Shown piece by piece: positions 13,790 through 26,977 of a DNA stretch of 64,000 nucleotides; the stretch's first letter is position 1, and every line of letters begins with the position of its first letter. Source of the stretch: Octopus vulgaris (taxonomy: Eukaryota); NCBI GenBank assembly GCA_951406725.2, contig OX597815.1, positions 39,990,001-40,054,000 of the forward strand. The letters are read 5' to 3'. A model generated the notes under the pieces. The model worked only from the letters and a program-made list of their open reading frames with translations, searched no databases and was not told the origin of the DNA. Made by a program: the position numbers and the translations under genes.

Positions 13790-14304
13790 AATGCATATTG
13801 TAGGGCTCCAAACAACCATAATGAGGAAACATGTATAGGATCCATAATATAAACTTGTTTATCCTTATCCCTCTTTCTCTCTCTCTTATGGCGAAAGAAG
13901 TAGTATGGAAGACGAGAGTAAAAGGAATTGCAACAGGCATGTTTATCTCCAGTCTCGAGCTAATCGACTTTTTCGTTTTCCACATGAAATGGAAAATAAG
14001 GCTGGAGAAGAAATGCCTGACGCAAAGTGTGTTTCGTAAAAGATGGAAGTCTATAGCAAGTATGTTGCGAGTGAAAGAACCTGTTTAATCAAGAATGTGA
14101 AAAAGGAGAAAGCAAAGTCTTCAGTGTGAGTATGTGGTTTGTGGGGTCAACCACGTCCTCCGCTTCATTTTTTGTTATTCACTCATTCTCATTTAATTGT
14201 ATATATTTTAATTGTTTGTTTATTCATATGTTTCGTCTCATTCGATACCCTGACCCCAACGTTTGTTTTGTCCCCTCTTTTTCTCAACCTTATGGTGAAT
14301 AAAG

Positions 14305-14310
<6 letters not shown>
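13790..14310 (+). mobile_element. Tx1/L1-like LINE 3' end
   Basis: ORF 13831-14088 (AKEVVWKTR...FHMKWKIRLE...FRKRW) resembles the Tx1 ORF2 C-terminus. It is followed by a 3' UTR with AATAAA that abuts (TC)n. Confidence 0.5.
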
Positions 14311-14371
<61 letters not shown>

Positions 14372-14849
14372 TACACACACACCTATACGTATGTATGTGT
14401 ACCACTCATTACATTTCAATAATTATAACCCTCTATAACCTTGTAATAGAATGTTATAAAGCATTCAGTCGAATTAATCCCTTTTTCATAATACAATCCT
14501 TTTATTTATTCAATTATTTAGATAGTATCTAAGTTTAGATATTACCATGAGCGAGGTGCTATACATATTTCATATAATGCCTTTTATTTGTATGATGGCT
14601 TTATATGATACATTTTAGTACTGATTCGCGTATGTACGTGGGAGCCAAAATGTTACTTCTCCATTATTAGCTAGTATGAAATTTAATATAAGTAATACCT
14701 TTGTTCAGTTCATCTAATTCCACTGAAGTAAGTTTATGTTTTTCATCAAAGTTTACATTACTTATTCCAGAGTTTTCTTTATGGCTTTTAGTATTTCAAG
14801 AGTTCTTATTAGCAAACAGAAAATACAATGCTTATATTTTCCATTACAT

Positions 14850-14894
<45 letters not shown>

Positions 14895-14997
14895 TTACGG
14901 TGACGTAACATGCATATGTATGTATATCTATATATGTGTGTGTGTATATTTATATATATATATTATATATATTATAATATACGCATATATATATATA

Positions 14998-15058
<61 letters not shown>

Positions 15059-15066
15059 CATAGATC

Positions 15067-15389
15067 GGGAGTGGCTGTGTCGTAAGAAGCTTGCTTCCCA
15101 ACCACATGGTACTATAGCCTCGGGCCGACCAAGGCCTTGTGAGTAGGTTTGGCAAACGGAAACTGAAAGAAGCCCGTCGTATATATATATGTGTGTGTGC
15201 ATGTGTGTTTCTCTCTCCAACCATCACTCGACAACCAATATTAGTGTGTTTACGTCCCCGTAACTTAGCGGTTCGGCAAAAGATACCGATAGATTAATTA
15301 CTAGGCTTACAAAGTCCTGGGGTTCATTTGTTCGTCTAAAGGTGATGCTCCAGCATGGCCGCAATCAAATGACTGAGACAAGTAAAAGA

Positions 15390-15390
<1 letters not shown>
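15067..15390 (+). mobile_element. tRNA-derived SINE, family of 26372 (internally deleted)
   Basis: Head gagtggctgtg..taagaagcttgc. Body ggaaactgaaagaagcccgtcg. Tail gctccagcatggccgca..tgactgagacaagtaaaag. Confidence 0.9.
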
Positions 15391-15443
<53 letters not shown>

Positions 15444-16378
15444 GGAGAATTCACAAAAAAAATCAAAAGACGAAGACAGGTGGTGTAGACAAATAGATGT
15501 ATTAGTATAACGCTCGGGAAGAAAAAATGTCTTTAACATTTCGAGCCTACACTCTTCCTCAGAAAGGAACACAGAGAGAAACAAGGAGAGAAAATAAAGA
15601 ATGTGTAGTGGCTAGCGATCTATCATGGTGAAGACCAGACAGAAGGGTCACACAGGAGAGCTAGGGAGAAGGGGAGATAACAAAGTGGTGGTGATCCCAA
15701 AACGAAGGTACGTTGTATGTGCGTGTTGAAGAGAGCTGGTGATCTTTACGTGTGCGTGTGTATATGTGTAGGTGTGAAGATGTGGGGCTGGAAAGTGGTC
15801 AGTGCCGATGTGTGCGTGGTGGTGTGTTGTGATGTGATGTGTAGTGTGGAATGGTGGTGTAAGGTGTAGTGGTGTGTGGTGTTGGGAGGTGGGGGAGGCG
15901 GGAGTGGGGAAAGCAAGAGTGTGATGTGGGTTAGGCTGAGAGTGGGGGTAGAGGTTGGGTGTGGTTAGGCAGAGGGTAGGGATAAAGGTGGGGTATGTAG
16001 GTGTGGGTGTAAGGGATGGGGTGGCGTGAGATGGGGAAGGATAGGGAAGGTGGGGTTGGAATGTGTAAGGGTGGGGTGGGCTTACGAGGGAAGGGTGACG
16101 ATGGAGGAAGGTGGGTAGGAGTGAAGGGAAGAAGTAGGAGTTGGCGTAAGAGAGGAGAGGTGGGAGGGAGGATGCAGGTGTGGAGGAGGTTAGGTGAAGA
16201 GGGGAGGAGAGTTGAGCCCATGTGGCGCAAAGGAGCGAAGAGAGAAGATTAATCCCTGTTCACGACGCAAACAGGAATCTGGATGGCCCCTGTGCAAGGA
16301 CAATCCGAACACAGACAGGTGTTGCAAAGAGTGACCGGTAGAGCGGAAATGGTGCGTTACCGGGGTGTCACTGCCGAC
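15444..16378 (-). mobile_element. 5'-truncated Penelope-like (Neptune-type) element: GIY-YIG C-terminus, pyrimidine-rich 3' UTR, pseudo-LTR with HHR
   Basis: 16378-16190 translates to PVTHHFRSTGHSLQHLSVFGL...RREQGLIFSLRSFAPHGLN*. The 3' end abuts (TA)n. Confidence 0.85.
15531..15566 (-). ncRNA. Minimal hammerhead motif in PLE pseudo-LTR
   Basis: cttt-CTGAGGA-a-gag tgtagg ctc-GAAA-t-GTT-aaag. Confidence 0.6.
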
Positions 16379-16567
16379 TTATTTTATTTTATTTGCTAAA
16401 ATAGTCAGAAACCATGGTCCAGGAAATAGATGGCAAATATTTTTATTTTTCATTCCCTTCGAGAATTTATCCCTAATTAGTGTTTTGGACTTTAGCTGTT
16501 CCTTCTAGCGTAAGGGCGTAAGGGATTCCTATGATGGAAACCTCTTAATATGTTTATATGTACGCTG

Positions 16568-16612
<45 letters not shown>

Positions 16613-17096
16613 TACTGGAGTACTACCGACCTCTGGTATTTATTTTTCCAAAGCCCTGGCGAATTAACTTTTGCCTGACCATCCTTAGCCATCTAAGGAT
16701 GGTGATAAACAGTTTATCAACACACCTCTAACCTACTAATTATACACCTGCAATATAGATATCACATAGCTTACTATCGAAATACCATGATCCATTTTTT
16801 CAACAGTTCTACTTTATTTTTGATCACTATGGATTTCTGTTTACATATGACACTACCACGGATATTTCAGGTCTTTCTGTAACTTTAAGTTAAACAAACA
16901 GAAGATCTCTCCAAATTTTGGTATCGCCACTAACAAATGCAATCTAAATAATGTATGTAAACACTTAACACTATTAGTGATCGTGCAGTGAACTAGACTG
17001 GCGGATACAGGAGTTTCAATTCCACCTCCTCGTAATTTATCTGATTTAAAGGAGGTTTTGTAGTATCCTCAGTTACCAGAAAAGTGTTGGTGCACC

Positions 17097-17135
<39 letters not shown>

Positions 17136-17770
17136 CTAATTAATAGTTAAAAATGCACCGGTTTCTTTTTACTTACATATATTAAAGTAGAAAGTAAGAT
17201 GAATATATTTTAAAACATAAATGAAAGGAAAATTGTTTCACGGTGAAAATTCAAGAAATGGAAACATTTCTTTTAAAATTCACAGAAAAATTAAGCTATT
17301 TTTTCCCCGTATGGAGGTAGCTATAATTCTTAAAATTTATAAGAACAATTCACAAAGCAAACTCTGAAAAGATAATTTTAAGTACAAAGTTCTGTTTTCA
17401 TTAAGCGGTTTTCATTCTTTGAGTGTATTAAAAATAATGTAGGCATCTACGATATTTATGTGTAGATTTTTCCTCTCTTCTAATCCCTCTTTTTGTTTTC
17501 GTGTTTATTTCGTACCATGTCACATTAATTTTGTAAAGATATGTCGGTTATGTCATTTTCGTGACAAGGAATGCCTCTAGTAGCTGTGCGTGTAATGTTG
17601 CTTAAGTTGTTTTCACGATAATGGGCATAACTAGTGATTCTGCCATTCAAAAAGTAATTTTTTCACATTCTTTTCAGAATATAACTGCTGATGTACGTTA
17701 ATTAAAGAATAATGTAATTCATTTTGGTTGATATTTTTTATAAAATATATTTCTTTATTGGTTTCTTGTT

Positions 17771-17813
<43 letters not shown>

Positions 17814-17935
17814 AGTAAACAAGAGAGACAGAGACAGACAGAAACAAGGAAAATGCCACTTGTATTTAAACATTATGCAAATATTCTTTGAAAAAAAACT
17901 TATCTTTTAATTTTTCCAAAAGTTAATTGTTTTCC

Positions 17936-17975
17936 ATACTTGAAAAAGTTTCAATGACTGAAACCGGTACTGAAA
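17936..17975 (+). ncRNA. Degenerate hammerhead motif (U3-A8 core)
   Basis: TTGAAAA-agt ttcaatg act-GAAA-ccg-GTA with palindromic stem III ACCGGT. Stem I has decayed. Confidence 0.4.
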
Positions 17976-18769
17976 TGTTTTTCTAAAATTATTTTAGCAT
18001 TTTCTATCTTAACTTTTTTTCCTGCATATATATATATATACATACATATATATATATACCCAAAAGCATAATACTACCTCATTGACTGAATTTATAAACG
18101 GCTAAGAAATATCTTGGTCTGTGAATAGGACGGTTTTTCTGTGAGTGTTGGAGAGTACTGCAATCTCTGCTCATTAGCAGCACGTGTCCTCAGGCATATG
18201 ATAGTCTAATAATTAAACGTAACGGCTTACTAATTAGATACCCTCCACAAATGTAATTAGTCTTTCGGTAAGACTTCATTAACCTAACAGTTTTTCTTCC
18301 TGTTTTTTTCTCGTCTCAGCGTACCCACCTATCTTTAATCTACCTCCCTCACAACATAGCTCATCCATTACCGGTGAGATTATGGTTAATATCAGTATAT
18401 TAATGATTTAATCTTTAAAACTCTATTTTAAAATTTCTTTGGCTTTTATTATTAGTTTCTTCCTTTGCAATTTTGTAATTACAATCGTAAAATTAATAAA
18501 TTTCAGCGGCGGTTTCTTTTGTTTGTTCATCACCGTAACTTGAATATTAATTGCATTCTATATTACGAAATCTTTACTATTATATATCAGGATCCTACAT
18601 CCCTTCTGATATATGAGTTTAAGTAATTGTATTTTTACTAATTAATTTTACTAATTAATTTGCCAATTGGTTAACTTACTCGTTTCAAAGAATTGAGTAT
18701 ATACTTAACAGTTTATATCTGAAGATCTTAGCATAGAATGTGACATATCAATGCAATTATTTTTATTAT

Positions 18770-19190
18770 TTCTATTATTTTTAATAATCTACGTCTAGTT
18801 TGTTTTAAAACTCTTTTATCGCACTTTATAACATCTGACCTTTAAGTCGAAAACAAGTTTCCAGTTACAAGAAAGCATTCAGACATTCAGACAAATGTCC
18901 GTGTTTTCTTGCGCACTTGTGAGCCATCCCCTTCACATACTTGTGAGCCATCCCCTTTGTAATTTACTCGAGATCTAATTCCTGGATGATGATAGAATTG
19001 TCTATCGGTACCTCATTCGTTTTCGAGAGTTTGCTTTAAAGAGCGGAACTTTAGCATATTTATCAAGGTCAAACTCCATTTCAATATCATCATTGAACTG
19101 TTTTACTATAGTTAAAAGCTGTTCCAGTTGTTGATCATCTTCTATGAAAAGCTTTAGGTCATCCATGTAAAGGATTTTATTGATTTATCT
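18770..19190 (-). pseudogene. R4/Dong-like non-LTR retrotransposon RT fragment
   Basis: YMDDLKLFIEDDQQLEQLLTIVKQFNDDIEMEFDLDKYAK. Confidence 0.75.
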
Positions 19191-19345
19191 AGGCTATACT
19201 TTGTATTCATGTTTGTGTTGTTGCTGTTGTAGTTGATATCATTATTTTCATTCCGTATATAATCTCCTCGCATATCATACACAATAGCTGAGTTTGGTAA
19301 ATATCCGATCAGGGACTATCATATCAAGTTGGCAACAAGCCATCA

Positions 19346-19388
<43 letters not shown>

Positions 19389-19391
<3 letters not shown>

Positions 19392-19575
19392 AGAGTTTAC
19401 GAAAAAAAACAAAAGACGAAGACAGGTGGTGTACAAAACAAACAGATGTATTAGTATAACGCTCAGGAATAGAAAAAGTCTTTTACGTTTCGAGCCTACG
19501 CTCTTCTACAGAAAGGGACACAGAAAAAACAAGGAGAGAAAAAATATGTGTAGTGGCTAACGATCTATCATGGCG
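19389..19575 (-). mobile_element. Solo PLE pseudo-LTR (family of 15444) abutting (TA)n; HHR-like motif 19480-19515 with CTGTAGA core
   Basis: High similarity to 15444-15630 and 25014-25200. Confidence 0.85.
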
Positions 19576-19849
19576 ACACAAATATATATATTGGTATGTG
19601 CATGTGTGTGTGCGTGTGTGTGTGCACACGCACATAAAAAATCTTAGCTTCACACTTCTTGATAAGCGTTTCAACTGTAAATGTTTGCTGGTAACTGATA
19701 GAAAAATAATAAAATACTTCTTACATGCAGCCACCACTATCACCTACTTAACTAATGACCGTGCAAAATATGGGCGGTTTATTCTATCACACTCTGTGCG
19801 AGTGTATACACACACACAATCATGTATAAAATCGTATGCACTATTATAT

Positions 19850-20770
19850 GTATAAAGGAATACAAACAATGGGACAAAAATGCAAAACATCCAGACAGAT
19901 GATACAAAAAAGGGACAAGAAAAAACAAGGACGGGTCATTCGGAGTTTTCTTTCCTCAGTCGAGTTCCAGATTATCTTTGCAATTTCGGCTGGTTATACT
20001 CGAGATTGCTCCAATCTGGCCAGCCCCAAGGAAAAAAACTAAGCTAAGAGCACTAGTTTCCTTGGAAGAAAGCACCGAATGTATATGAATACAAGGACGA
20101 AAAAACGGAGAAATGGTTCACAAATACAAATGCAAATAACAGGACATTAACAACAGGTGTCTTTCGACTAAGGATGAATTAAATTAAGCTGGCGTGTATG
20201 GAAGTGAAGCCTTACAGCAGGGGCATGAGAGTTGACAAGAATAGGGAGTAACATAGATGTTGCACGGATGGTAGTCGAACAAAGAAAGAAAGGTCAAGCT
20301 TGGCCGAACACCGGTCACGTGGAGAGAGAGTAGAGAGGTAGAGGCAGAGGGATAGAAGAATTAGAGAGGGACGAGAAAAAAGAAAAGGGACAGCGTGAGG
20401 TGAAAGAGGAGGGAAGGTGAGAATGAAGAGAAAGCCAGGAAATGTGAGAGAGTTGTAACGAAAGAAAGAAGAGAGGAAAGAACGAAGTAAGTGTGAAGGA
20501 GCTGATAGAAAGAATAAGAGTCGTACAAAATTTAGATATACATATATGTACTTACATATAACAGATCAAAGTGTACGTACGCCGCCATATGTATATAAAA
20601 AGGAATACAAAGAATGGGACAAAAATGCGAAACATCCAGACAGTTAGATGATACAAAAAAGGGACAACAAAACATCCAGACAGATGATACAAAAAAGGGA
20701 CAAGAAAAAACAAGGACGGGTCATTCGGAGTTTTCTTTCCCCAGTCGAATTCCAGATTATCTTTGCAAGT
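19850..20770 (-). mobile_element. PLE-like 3' region with partial tandem pseudo-LTR
   Basis: About 135-170-bp direct repeat (19855-19988 / 20600-20768), a CT-rich tract on the minus strand, and a stem ggctgg/ccagcc followed by GAAA with a degenerate core. Confidence 0.55.
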
Positions 20771-20776
20771 TTTGTA

Positions 20777-20832
20777 AACGGCGGTGTCTCAGCATGGCCG
20801 CAACTCTGAGCTGAAACTAGAGAGAAAAAAAA
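20777..20832 (+). mobile_element. Ultra-short 3' end of the CR1 LINE seen at 31390
   Basis: aaacggcggtgtctcagcatggccgcaactctgagctgaaactagagag(A)n. Confidence 0.75.
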
Positions 20833-21494
20833 ATCAGAGAAAATTAGAATGATGTACAGACGCGCGGGCGCACACAACAGATAGCGCATAATATATAGAA
20901 TACCAATAGACAATATATCAACGTTTAAATATTTTCAGATATATGAGGCTCCGGGTGAATAACTAAGGCACATTGAACCATTTATGTTGTCTCTTTTAGC
21001 TCTCTCAGATACATTCCATGCGATAATGACATCTGCAAAAGAAATCAATCGATATTTGGCGTAGAAATGCTGATTGCCAACTTAGGAATGTTGTTAGACT
21101 CTACTGTTGCCTCATTTTTATGAGAAACGTTGATCTTTCTCATTACTCTGTGTGTGTGACAAGGAATTTAGTTACTTCCCATTATTCTTTTGTGGTGAGG
21201 GTATAAGTGTTTGTGGTTGCTATTTATATGGTTTAACGATATTTTCGTTGCCAGATTTATTGTTTGGATTGGTTATTTAGTTCAGTTATAGTTTAGGGCA
21301 TTCGTTGATTAGTTGTTTGTTGATTTCGTTCGTTCCTTTTCGGTTGAAGAATGAAATAGCATTTTCCCAAATTGATAAATTACCAGACTAGCATTCAAAC
21401 GGTTTTAGTTCCTACTCTGACACCGTTGTTAAGCTATTTCAGGAAATTTAACTCTCACTAACTCCGTTACTTAATTATAAATAAGCACCATGAA

Positions 21495-21700
21495 GTAAAT
21501 GCATTGTACTGAGACGTTTGATGGAGCCGGAATACTAACCACGAAATTCTTGACTTCTTGGCGTCTTACTTCATCGAAATATCAGGTGATGCGTGATTGG
21601 TCCATGCGTTTCAGCCACACGATAGTTCGTGGTAATGCTGCCAGTATCTTGGGTTGCTGCCACCAAGGAAAAACAAAGGCCTGTATGGATTTATAACACC
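21495..21700 (+). pseudogene. CRE-clade non-LTR retrotransposon, C-terminus of the restriction-like endonuclease
   Basis: ETFDGAG...KFL...RFSHTIVRGNAASILG matches the CRE terminal motif QRLSxAIxRGNAASILG. Confidence 0.7.
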
Positions 21701-24044
21701 TTGTTATATATTGTAATTAGTTGTTTTTTTTAACTACCCATTTAGAGCTGTAAACGCGAATATCTACAATTACATCAGTTCACAAGATGATTGCCACCAG
21801 TACTGAACAGGATTTTGTGATGTATTATTTGAAAACGAAGAGCAGTGGATTGGCAGAATCGCAGAAGTATCGGAAAAATGCCTTTTGGAGTTTGTTCTGG
21901 CCGCGGTCGTCTTTGTCTATTATAGTTTCGCGGATAAATAAAGTACGAGTCAAATACTAAGGTCGATGCTGTGGTTAACCCAAGCCATAGCATTTCCGGC
22001 CTTGTGCCTAAATTAAAACCGTTATTTTAAAAAGAAATCTTCTGAAATTGGACAATTACTTGATACATCTCAATATTTTCGCAATATGCAGAAGACACAG
22101 TTAGGGAAGAACTGATGTTATCTCTGATCATTAAGTTGGAAGAAATCTTAGGATTATTTCATGTAGTATGTAGCTTGCCTTTAAAGACAACATGAACACC
22201 ATATGATTACGTTTCGTTGGATTACATAATTCGGTTCAAGTCTTCCTAAATGTATGAGCTATAATAGTAGGATTCACGCGACAGTCTCTTTTAGTTAGAT
22301 CTATCCCCATAATTCTAGTGTTGCTGTTTTGACGCTGTTGTTATTGTTGTTTAACCTCAAGCCGAATCTGATCGAATTTTCTTATGATTAAAGTCAACCA
22401 TCTCGTCGTGTGTGTGTGTGTGCGCGCGCGTTTGCGTGTGCGTAGGACTACTTTGTTCAATGTATCCTTCTCTTTTCTAAGGAGGTAGGGTGTGATTTGA
22501 GGGATATCTCGTTATTTCTAGTAGATTGAGTAATTTCACCCTCGTTTGCTAGGTGTAAAATTGAATTCATCGATTGAGTTACTTTTTGACTTGTAATTTC
22601 ATTTAGTGGTGTTTGTTTTGATCTACGATCGATTTCTTCAGAAAAAAACATTAAAGTGACAGCATATGCAGCTATCACATTTGATTGCTGCATTGAAAAA
22701 GACCAAACGTCTGTTTAAAAACCACGAAATTTATTTTAACATTGTTGTAAATCAAGATCGAATCGTTAGATTCACTTGTCACCTTCATATCTGTGTAGTG
22801 ACAGTGTCATCAAGGGAAAAACCTGATAAGTTCTCGAATATTGGGGTAAAGTCTGGAGAAAATTCCTTTTATTTTTATAAGTATTAGCATTCTATCAAAT
22901 TTGAACCATCGAGCTGTCCACTATAATCTAACAAGTTCAGCAAATTAACACTGTAGTGTAGCGATCTACATCAATTAGTTTATGGTGACTTAGCACATAT
23001 CCTAAAATATATAAAGAGGAAATGATGATTTGTGGTACAGATGCCTTTCTTTAGAGATTTAGGAGGTGTAAGTCAAATGAAATGATTTCAACAAGAATCG
23101 ATATCCGATCGCGTGATTGAGTCACTGAGGGGTTACATTCAGTCTTGCAGTACTCGCTGCAATAACTTATTGAAATTATACACAGAAATCCAGAAAATGA
23201 CATTCGGTACTATATTTCAGTCTTTAAGAGAAAAATATTTATAGTTTCAAGATTAATGTATGTATTTACGACAAAGTATCAAAACTGCTATTCTACTCCA
23301 TTTTAACCGTGTCCGTTTTAGATGTGATATATTAATGTTATTTCTGAATACTAATTTTTCAAATGAATGTAAATTATTTATTGAAGGAATCAGCATATTT
23401 ACTATCAGGAAAATAAGCATGTACATTCTCACAAATATGGCATCAGAAAACTAGGAGAAAGAGCGAAATAGCAATGGTTATCGATTTACAAACATCATCT
23501 GTGTGCAATAAAATCGTTCTATCACTTTAAATTCTCATACTACCATTATATAAGATCAAAAACTTCAAAAGATTTGGTTTTAAAAAAAAAATTCTGCATC
23601 GATACCTCTGTTTACTGTGTTTTTATTTCAAGTATTATTTTATTGTGCTCTATTCAATAAAGTGATTATAGTGCGTCAGCCTTGAATTAGTTTGAATAGG
23701 ATGCGTGAAGTGTGTGAGCACGTTGGTATGTGTCTATCTGTCTGCCTGTCGTAGTAACTGTTTTATAAGACACACACGCACACAACACAACACACAATAT
23801 ATAGTAATTTATTCCAATATATTAGATTTGTAAATATTTGTAAACATGGCCGAGACAGTAACGCAACTAATTAAAATATTCTCACTTGGTTCCGCGTTCA
23901 GACTTTTCGGAGCCCGACTTTGATTTCTTTTCCAGAGTTGATAAAATTATTGGGTTCGGTCTTCAAGTATCTGAAGATATCCAGGTGATCAGCTCTACAA
24001 TTTATGAATCCATAGGTGGCTTATTAGACCAATTTTAGCATGGA

Positions 24045-24995
24045 ATTTGTGGTTACAATGGTCGATGAATACAGTGTAGAGGTCTTGATTTTGTTCCTAA
24101 CATTTTTCCTGAAGCTGTTTTGTAGCAAGTATCATGTCTATGGTCCCGCGAGATTTTCGGAGAACACACTGACTCTCAGGAAGAAGCTCAGACACAGGAT
24201 ATTTTATGAGCCGACTAAGCATGATCCATGCTGGAATTTTTTCAACAAATGACATGAGCTATATGCCCCTATGTTGTCACACTGGTGGATGTTTCCCTTT
24301 TATTATATAGGGGTGTACAATGCAGATATCTTTGAATTCTTGTTGAATTAGTTCGTGTCCCCACATCGTAGTAAACAGGGCGGGTAGATATTCCTATATT
24401 CTCCGTTTACCACATTTATAGATCTCAGCAGGAATTGCGTCAGATCCGGAGACGTTATCGTTGGCTATTAATTTGATAGCCAATTGAATTTCACCAAGTA
24501 AAGATGGATCACTCAATTGATACTTTGTGGGGCACTTGATGTAGACGGTTTATTGCCTCTACATTTATATGAGGGATATTTAAGACAGCCAAAGTGCCCT
24601 GCCAATCGCTGTAGTATTAATGATTTCTCTGTCAACAGAGACAAACCACCAGAGCTGAGCAAGGAAACAGTTCTCGTTTTTGTGGATTACTTTATAGGTC
24701 TTTAATGTCTTATCTCAGCCAGGTTGTGCATTTGCTTAGCTCGTTGCTAAAACCACTCGTTTCCCATAGTGCTGAGTTTATTCTGCAGTAAATAACAGCA
24801 ATTCCTATGCAATTATTCATCTCCCTGTGTATTGTTTGCAAGAAAAGGTTGATGTGATTGTGTTTAACAATTCATTTATTTCATCATCACCCTCATCAAA
24901 ACAGTTTTGGTATTTGCGTTCTATTTTCCCTAAGACATCGAGTGAGGATGCATAGATAGTGTCTCGGAATTTGATCCATTTATGCTCAATGGAGA
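24045..24995 (-). pseudogene. RTE-clade LINE reverse transcriptase relic
   Basis: EIQLAIKLI..NVSGSDAIPAEIYK, QEFKDICIV, HRGI*LMS, LLPESQC..RKSRGTIDMILATKQLQEKC*EQNQDLYTVFID. Confidence 0.9.
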
Positions 24996-25013
24996 GGTCT
25001 GTATATATATATA

Positions 25014-25200
25014 GGGGGAGAGTTCACGAAAAAAACAAAAGACGAAGATAGATGGTGTAGAAAACAAACAGATGTATTAGTATAACGCTCTGGAATTGAA
25101 AAAGTCTTTTACGTTTCGAGCCTACGCTCTTCTACAGAAAGGGACACAGAAAAAAACAAGGAGAGAAAAAAAATGTGTGTAGTGGCTACCGATCTATCAT
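25014..25200 (-). mobile_element. Solo PLE pseudo-LTR (family of 15444/19389); HHR-like motif 25106-25141 with CTGTAGA core
   Basis: Near-identical to 19389-19575 and abuts a short (TA)n. Confidence 0.85.
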
Positions 25201-25207
25201 ACATATA

Positions 25208-25372
25208 TACGACGGCCTTCTTTCAGTTTCCGTTTACCAAATCCACTCACGAGGCTTTGGTCGGCCCGAAGCTATAGTAGAAAACACTTGCCTAAGGTTC
25301 TACGCATTGGGACCGAACCTGGAACCATGTGGTTGGTAAGCAAGCTACTTACCATACAAGCACTCCTGCGCC
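25208..25372 (-). mobile_element. 5' half of the tRNA-derived SINE family of 26372
   Basis: Reverse complement begins ggcgcaggagtg and ends gaaagaaggccgtcg. Confidence 0.9.
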
Positions 25373-25908
25373 TATAAATGTCTATGATTATAAATGTCTC
25401 TTGAACATTTATTTTTGTATTTGATTTGGTTTTGTTTTGTTTTTTGTAATTGGTATACTTAGCCTATTTATTTAATCGCAAATACAGTCGCCACAAGGTC
25501 TTTACACACAATAAAAAGAATCATCTACAAATGTTTAAAGCGAAAACCCGGATCCCGGACAGTTAAATATCGTTTTCCCTCAACTACAAAATCTCTTTTG
25601 ACCGCAGCAAGCTCTAAAATACATTCGCTAAAACTTTTTCATGCGAAAACAATACCTCTAAACAGGTTGTTTTCCTCTCTCTCTCCTCTTTTTTGTGTGT
25701 TGTATGTAAAACTCACCTCGTGAAGAGATGCATTAATATAGTTTCAGTAAAGCTATCGTTTTTTTTTTTTTTATGCGGAAACAGTTTTTTACTTCCATAT
25801 ATATAAATACGTGGAAAATTTACTCATTCCTTACGTTAAAAAAGTAAAACTTATTTTATTTTTAAAAAAAAAGATAAATATGCATAACAATTTAACCCAT
25901 TTTCAATC

Positions 25909-25911
<3 letters not shown>

Positions 25912-26004
<93 letters not shown>

Positions 26005-26167
26005 GTGTGCGTGCGTGTGTGCGTGCGTGTGTGTGTGTGCGTGCGTGTGTGTGCGTGTGTGTGTGTGCGTGTGTGTGCGTGCGTGTGTGTGCGTGCGTGT
26101 GTGTGCGTGCGTGTGTGTGTGTGTGTGTGTGTGTGCGTGCGTGTGTGTGCGTGCGTGTGTGTGCGTG
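25912..26167. repeat. (TG)n/(GTGC)n microsatellite
   Basis: Direct inspection. Confidence 0.97.
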
Positions 26168-26371
26168 TTCTTTGTTGTTTTTGGTTCAGAAACGTAAAGT
26201 TGAAAGTAACTTAGTAACTCAACAGAGTATTTAGCGAACGACCATAAATTCTACCTGCTGTTTAAGGAAAACAACATAAAGAGTGACCTACAGTTGCATG
26301 ACAAACATTGTTTGCTCCAATAACTCAACAAGATACAAATATTTTATATACACTTATTTAAAAAGTAAATA

Positions 26372-26790
26372 GGCGCAGGAGTGGCTGTGTGGTAAGTAGC
26401 TTGTTTACCAACCACGTGGTTCCGGGTTCAGTCCCACTGCGTGGCACCTTGGGCAAGTGTCTTCTACTATAGTCTCGGGCTGACCAAAGCCTTGTGAGTG
26501 GATTTGGTAGACGGAAACTGAAAGAAGCCCGTCGTATATATGTATATATATGCGTGTTTGTGCGTCTGTGTTTGTCCCCCTAGCATTGCTTGACAACTGA
26601 TTCTGGTGTGTTTATGTCCCCGTTACTTAGCGGTTCGGCAAAAGAGAGCGATAGAATAAGTTCTGGGCTTACAAAAGAATAAGTCCCGGGGTCGAGTTGC
26701 TCGATTAAAGGCGGTGCTCCAGCATGGCCGCAGTCAAATGACTGAAACAAGTAAAAGTGTAAAAGAGTAAAAGAGTAAAAAAGAGTAACA
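26372..26790 (+). mobile_element. Full-length tRNA-derived SINE with CR1-related 3' tail and (GTAAAAGA)n end
   Basis: A-box TGGCTGTGTGG, B-box GGTTCAGTCCC, core-like gcaccttgggcaagtg, and tail ggcggtgctccagcatggccgcag. Confidence 0.92.
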
Positions 26791-26977
26791 GCTCTCATAA
26801 CCTTTAATTTCTTTCGGCTGATATCTGTAATAAAACGTGAGTATGTACGAGCTAACAACGGATCCTCTATGTAGTCGTTCTCAGTGCTAGTTATAGTAAC
26901 CAAATCATTCTTAGATGACACCAACCCACCCATCATCTTGAATAAGGGAAGGGCGTGCTGAAATACATAGTCCTACA

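Noticed and set aside
19945-20040. Functional hammerhead in the 19850-20770 repeat
   Set aside because: A stem plus GAAA is present, but no recognisable CUGANGA core is in register.
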